From the NCBI GenBank assembly GCA_010015805.1, contig ML978131.1, forward strand, positions 558,001 through 622,000: a stretch of 64,000 nucleotides of DNA. Reading direction: 5' to 3'. A program made the position numbers and the translations under genes. Position 1 is the first letter of the stretch; every line of letters begins with the position of its first letter. Source of the stretch: Rhizodiscina lignyota. Its lineage: Eukaryota. A model generated the notes under the pieces. That model was not told where the DNA came from. It saw nothing but the letters and a program-made list of their open reading frames with translations, and did not search any database. Positions 59,510 through 64,000 of this stretch are shown one piece after another.

Positions 59510-60848
59510 TCAGAGTGCTCTTAGATCTGCGCCTCCAAGACTGCTTGGAGTCGAACACCCGCGCTCGAACGACGATTCGGCGGCTATACCGGCAGCCATC
59601 TGGATAGCCTCTCGCTCGCTTTGTGCCATATTCTCAGTCTGACTCCGGCGATGGAATCGAGAGCCCCGAGAGCCCAAGGGCATGCCTCGGACCGGATCCT
59701 GGAACGTGTTGGTAATATCCCTTAACGGCAGCGACTGTGTCGATGACTCCTCTCCCGTTGTCGACAGCATGATTTCCGCTGCTGGGGCTTCCTTTGGCCC
59801 CGCTGTTGGAGCCACGTACTTCACCATAAAAGACCGAAGCGGACCATCAATGAAGGACAGCCCACGTCTTGGGATCGGCTTAGGTTTGGGAATGTATTGC
59901 CACTCTTTCCATTCCAACTCTATCGGCAGATTTCCCATCCGTATAATCCCACACTCGTCGATCAGCTTTGTATGAAACATGTGCTGCAAGATGATCTCAT
60001 AGCTTCGCTTGTCCATCCACCTCGCGCCTCTAAACTTTTCGTGGAGCGACGGGACAGGTATCCAGTAGGCCTCGCGCGTGCATAGCCATGCGTGTTTACT
60101 TTCCAAGTCTTTTTCTTCGTAGGAGAGAATGGTCTGCTCGCCAGGATGTGCTGGAGTGGGCCGGATGGGCAAGTAGTCTGGTCGTGTAATGTAATGATGC
60201 TCATGGGGAAAAGTTTGAGAATCCCCGAACGTGGTGACCTGCGAGCATTAGCAGCATGGATAACAACGTTGGAGAGAATATCGAGATACTTACAATCAAG
60301 ACAAGCGCCGAGGGAGTTTGACCTTTCCCATGTAGAGGAGCTCTTCGAGCACACATGCGACCACGTTTATCTTGTCGTTTTTTGATCTCATCTGAAGTTT
60401 CGCACATTACGATGACGACTGGATGGCCTTGAGCTTGCTTTGGAATATGGAGAAGAGGATCGGGACTCTTGCGCTCTTTGTGAATGGGGAGAAAGGCAAC
60501 GTAGCGAGGGACTACCTGGCTCAGCTTTAATGGGTCGCCCTTGCAGATTTCTTCTGAGCTTGAGCCTGAGCCTGAGTCTGAATTGGAGTTCTCGTTTATC
60601 TTGTCCGTCGGGTTCAGGTCTTCAGCGTCACAAACGGGTAATTCGTAAGGTCGCAGCACTGGTTCAGGTTCGTTGCTATCCAGGTATTCGAGAGCACTGT
60701 CGCATAAGCACTCCGACTTCTTTGAGACCACATCGTCAGTATCCTGGAAATCATGTACGACATCATCTGAACTTATCCGGTAATCTTTCGCCATAAGTTT
60801 CTCCGATGGTACTCCGTCGCATAAATTCCCCTGCTTGTTAAAGTTCAT
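59510..60848 (-). CDS. Hypothetical protein, two exons
   Basis: Intron 60239-60293 (GTAAGT...GCTAAT...CAG) joins the 215-aa ORF in frame to VTTFGDSQ...LPIRPTP and the 220-aa ORF. No family recognised. Confidence 0.7.
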
Positions 60849-61076
60849 TCAGCTGTTCTCTCTGGATTTCAAGATTTTCTGTTTGCACCGGCGCATACTC
60901 GAAGCAAAAGTGGGATGATAAGAGGCTTATGTACTGGATGTGAAAGTTCAGATACCGTTGAAATTAGAGGACCGTGCTCATTAACATATGAATAACGATA
61001 AACGAGATTCGGTATTGGCCACGAGCTCAAGGAAGACGCGGAGAATTCGGAAACTCTTGATTATGAGGGGAAAATT

Positions 61077-61972
61077 TCAACGGCGAACGGCCAGGTCGCT
61101 TCGGATAATCCACTTCTCGCCCTCCAAAACCTCTCGACCCTCATGAAGCATACAGTCAGCGCCATGCCTATGCAATAAAGCCATTCCTGTCTCGAGCTCA
61201 ACGACTATCGGCTCGGGGATTGGCTGGCCTTTCTTCTTCGTCGCAGGTTCGGGATAGAAGACCGTCTCACCACCAATGCAGCCAGTGCTGGGAGATGTGA
61301 GATATAATAGTAAAGTCCAAGTCGTCTTCGCTGGGACATTGCCATTCACTGTGACATGATTGGAGTCATCATCTGAAGATCGTCAGAGAGGCTGCAGAAA
61401 GTGGCGCAGGAGGCTTAGAGCAAGAGTTCAATATCAAACTGATTACTCACAATGTTGATCAAAGAATTGTCCCTTGCTGTATCGGTAAATTCTAATGTTT
61501 GGATTCAACCCTAACTAAGGAGAGGGGTAAGGTAAGTGCTGCCAATCCCTTTCTGTGCAATGGAACGTACAACGTCGCCTCCCCAAAGGTCACGTGCCTT
61601 GCCTACACTGGGCAAGTCATCGTCGTCCCCGAAATGGGTAACCAGCTCTCTAAGAGCGGTCTCGTTCCACAACCGTTGGGCAAAGGACACATCGTCAATT
61701 TGAAATCGATCGTTGACGCGGACCGCTTCGCCTTTCTTCGGCTTGCCGGGAGTTGTGACGAGTGGCAGCGTCGAGAGGAAGGAGACATACTTCTTGCAAA
61801 GTGCAGAAGTGAAGAAGTTTCGGATGAGAACAACCTGATTGGGAACGAGCACTTCAATCGAAAGGTCCATTCGAGGTATCAGAGGATCAAAGGCAGGCCA
61901 ATTCGGGAGTTGCTGCTCCTGCATCGGTTGAGACTGCGCCCGCCCCTTGCTCTTCTTTGATTGTGGTGTCAT
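61077..61972 (-). CDS. 2-oxoglutarate/Fe(II) oxygenase (prolyl-4-hydroxylase-like)
   Basis: Introns 61515-61570 and 61373-61450 give GLNPNIRIYRY..GQFFDQHYDD (HxD), TLLLYL, GGETVF, MLHEG (distal His), KWIIRSD. Confidence 0.88.
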
Positions 61973-62223
61973 GATACGTGATTGGGTTGCCCCCGCCTGT
62001 TTCCTTCCCAAATGAGCAGTGGTGATGGCTCAGTTTGGTGGCTGCGGTGACTTGGGAACCTCAAAGGTTCTCGTTAAAGCCGTCGCTCTTAAGACAGGCC
62101 TAACCCTCAAGTTCCCTCGTGTTCAATTCTTCGTTGGAGCATTCATGGACGTGCTCTCGGCCATTGCTATTCCCAGCTCTTGTCGTTCGTTTTGATCATC
62201 GACACATCGTTAACCATGCAAAC

Positions 62224-64000
62224 ATGCGTTACATTGGCCTCCCCGCAGACATCTTTGGAGGCCTCAAACTGCCAGCAATATTACAAAACAATGAGGGGTT
62301 TAAGGGGCACTGGCATGCATCGCTTGCATCGGCCGCGTTGCAACTATGCAGAGAATTGGCAGGAACGGTGCCAAGCCAGTCAGATCACCCTCAACCACAA
62401 GGATTGAATAACCCTAACCCTACCGCATTCAACCCTAACCCCTTCCCGCTTAGCCCACCATTCAGCCGCGCGGCTCATGTGCCATCGTTCACCGCTACCG
62501 CTCGCCGCGGATGGCCATTCGAGGTGCGGGCGCGATCATCGGCCCAAACTGTTGAGCGCAAACTTGCAGACGGCTTCATCGAGAGCGGATCCCATAGACT
62601 GTTCACATGTCCCTACTTCCACGAGGCTACTGCTACCAGTTGCGCTTGGTGCGACCCTGAAGAACGATGTCCCTCTTGTGTGTCCATATGGAACCGGCTC
62701 AGACGTCCTCGATTCCGGATTGACGGCGACATTGTCTCATGGTCCATTGATTCTTGCCACGCAACTGCGCAAACATTAGAGGGAGACTGCCAATCGAAAG
62801 ATCATTGCGCGCTCGATTACGACGACATGACGGACGACGAGGAAGACGGAGATGTTGGCAGTCGCAATGGCGAGCTCGAGGCAACCAACACCCTCCAAGA
62901 CACCGGCGAGTCATCTGCCACCCATCTCCAGGAAAGCGCGTCCAACACAGTGAAGCCGGAAATCCCACACTCTCCCGAATATTTATTCTCACGCGAAATC
63001 CCTTCATTTCCTCTGCAACAGTCAAACATGGAGGACCCCGACGAGCTGCAAGACACATCAACCCACCCCGCGCCAAAGTGTGAGAATGGCCATGAACTGC
63101 CATCTCTCAATAACATCCAGGAGCAAGAAAAGGTCTGTTTCGAAGGTGGACCGTCACAACAGAATGGGAACCAATCTGCACGCATCTCTGCCTACGCGAA
63201 ACTCCAGTTCGAAGATGGGGCTTATTACATGAACACAATCTCTGTCATACTTGGTCGAGACTTGGAAGTATCACGGGAAGCGAGGAGGCAGGTTACCCGA
63301 CAAAAGAGGCAGAATAGTGTGGGAGAGGTGCACACACCTGTGGTAGCACAAGGAGAGGACTCCCGAACCGTCGTGAGCGCCTCTGGTGGATTCGTCGGAC
63401 GAAACCCGAAGCCTCGAAAGCACAAGTCGAACAAGTCGAAATCGGGCAGCTCCACTTCAGATCCTGTTCGAACCGCGCTCCCACTCCCTGCCACTACCTT
63501 TCAGCATGCCCTCGATGTAGACTCTCCGGAAGTCGACGTCGCTGCTCTCCTACCCGACCCATACGAAGAACCGCTCGTCGCCATTCACGAGCCTGTTGCA
63601 AGCGATGGCACAATATCGCTTAGCAAATCAATATCCAGAAAACATTGCAAGATCGCATACAACTACGTCAGTGATGGATTTGAGATGACAATCTTGGGAC
63701 GCAATGGCGCCTTTGTCGACAACCAGCATTACGACGCAGGTGCTGTCGTCAGTTTGCACCATGGCAGCGAGATTCAAGTCGGTGGCGTGAAGATAGCATT
63801 CAATCTGCCTACTGAGGCATTACCCGATGGTGACCAACAAAGTAGCAGTGGCCGAATGAGCTTTGCTTTTGAGGATGAGACTGGAGGCGACATTGATGTA
63901 GACGATTCAGCCGACGACTTTGAAGACTTGGATGTTGCGCGCCGACCAAGGCTGGATCCATACTGGTCTCAAGGGGATGACTCGCAAGACGCCGAGGAGG
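62224..64000 (+). CDS. FHA-domain forkhead-type transcription factor (Fhl1-like); 3' end truncated by the window, start uncertain
   Basis: Frame is open from 62104 to the window end. AYAKLQFEDGAYYMNTISVILGR (63190) and ISRKHCKIAYN..LGRNGAFVD..LHHGSEIQVGG (63631-63786). In-frame ATGs at 62224, 62827, 63028. The forkhead domain itself is not visible here. Confidence 0.8.
   Translation, partial: MRYIGLPADIFGGLKLPAILQNNEGFKGHWHASLASAALQLCRELAGTVPSQSDHPQPQGLNNPNPTAFNPNPFPLSPPFSRAAHVPSFTATARRGWPFEVRARSSAQTVERKLADGFIESGSHRLFTCPYFHEATATSCAWCDPEERCPSCVSIWNRLRRPRFRIDGDIVSWSIDSCHATAQTLEGDCQSKDHCALDYDDMTDDEEDGDVGSRNGELEATNTLQDTGESSATHLQESASNTVKPEIPHSPEYLFSREIPSFPLQQSNMEDPDELQDTSTHPAPKCENGHELPSLNNIQEQEKVCFEGGPSQQNGNQSARISAYAKLQFEDGAYYMNTISVILGRDLEVSREARRQVTRQKRQNSVGEVHTPVVAQGEDSRTVVSASGGFVGRNPKPRKHKSNKSKSGSSTSDPVRTALPLPATTFQHALDVDSPEVDVAALLPDPYEEPLVAIHEPVASDGTISLSKSISRKHCKIAYNYVSDGFEMTILGRNGAFVDNQHYDAGAVVSLHHGSEIQVGGVKIAFNLPTEALPDGDQQSSSGRMSFAFEDETGGDIDVDDSADDFEDLDVARRPRLDPYWSQGDDSQDAEE
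62409..62442 (+). repeat. Short telomere-like CCCTAA cluster
   Basis: TAACCCTAACCCTA at 62409-62422 and AACCCTAACCCC at 62431-62442. Confidence 0.6.

Noticed and set aside
62019..62135. tRNA-like A-box (TGGCTCAGTTTGG) and B-box-like GTTCAATTC
   Set aside because: D-stem, T-stem and acceptor stem do not pair; no cloverleaf.

Overview
Eukaryotic DNA from a filamentous ascomycete (Pezizomycotina). Evidence: short GT..AG introns with CTRAC-like branch sites, two HET genes and CAZymes. About 26 protein-coding loci can be supported. Left part: a GH55 glucanase with a fused lysozyme-like domain, a divergent MFS/P450 pair, a frameshifted HET gene, kinesin-8, an MDR reductase, a second MFS, GH28 and DUF1772. 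Middle: a PARP-like ADP-ribosyltransferase, a PH-domain protein, two BTB genes, an ADP-ribosylglycohydrolase head-to-head with an intact HET gene, ferric reductase and fasciclin. Right part: YdeI/OmpD-associated protein, alpha/beta hydrolase, SnoaL-like protein, a giant Pro/Glu-rich protein spanning an N gap, a 2OG-Fe(II) oxygenase, and the start of an FHA/forkhead (Fhl1-like) gene missing from the ORF track. Most interesting signals: (1) a possible NAD+/ADP-ribose writer-eraser-HET neighbourhood at 25-41 kb; (2) a HET gene switched off by a 2-nt gain in a (CA)5 tract; (3) the GH55 + SLT/lysozyme-like fusion; (4) a helically phased GAG(C/T) array at 48.86-48.93 kb; (5) clustered SreA-type iron boxes between the ferric reductase and fasciclin genes. 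No rRNA, tRNA, CRISPR array or intact transposon was seen. All family calls come from motif recognition by eye, without database searches.
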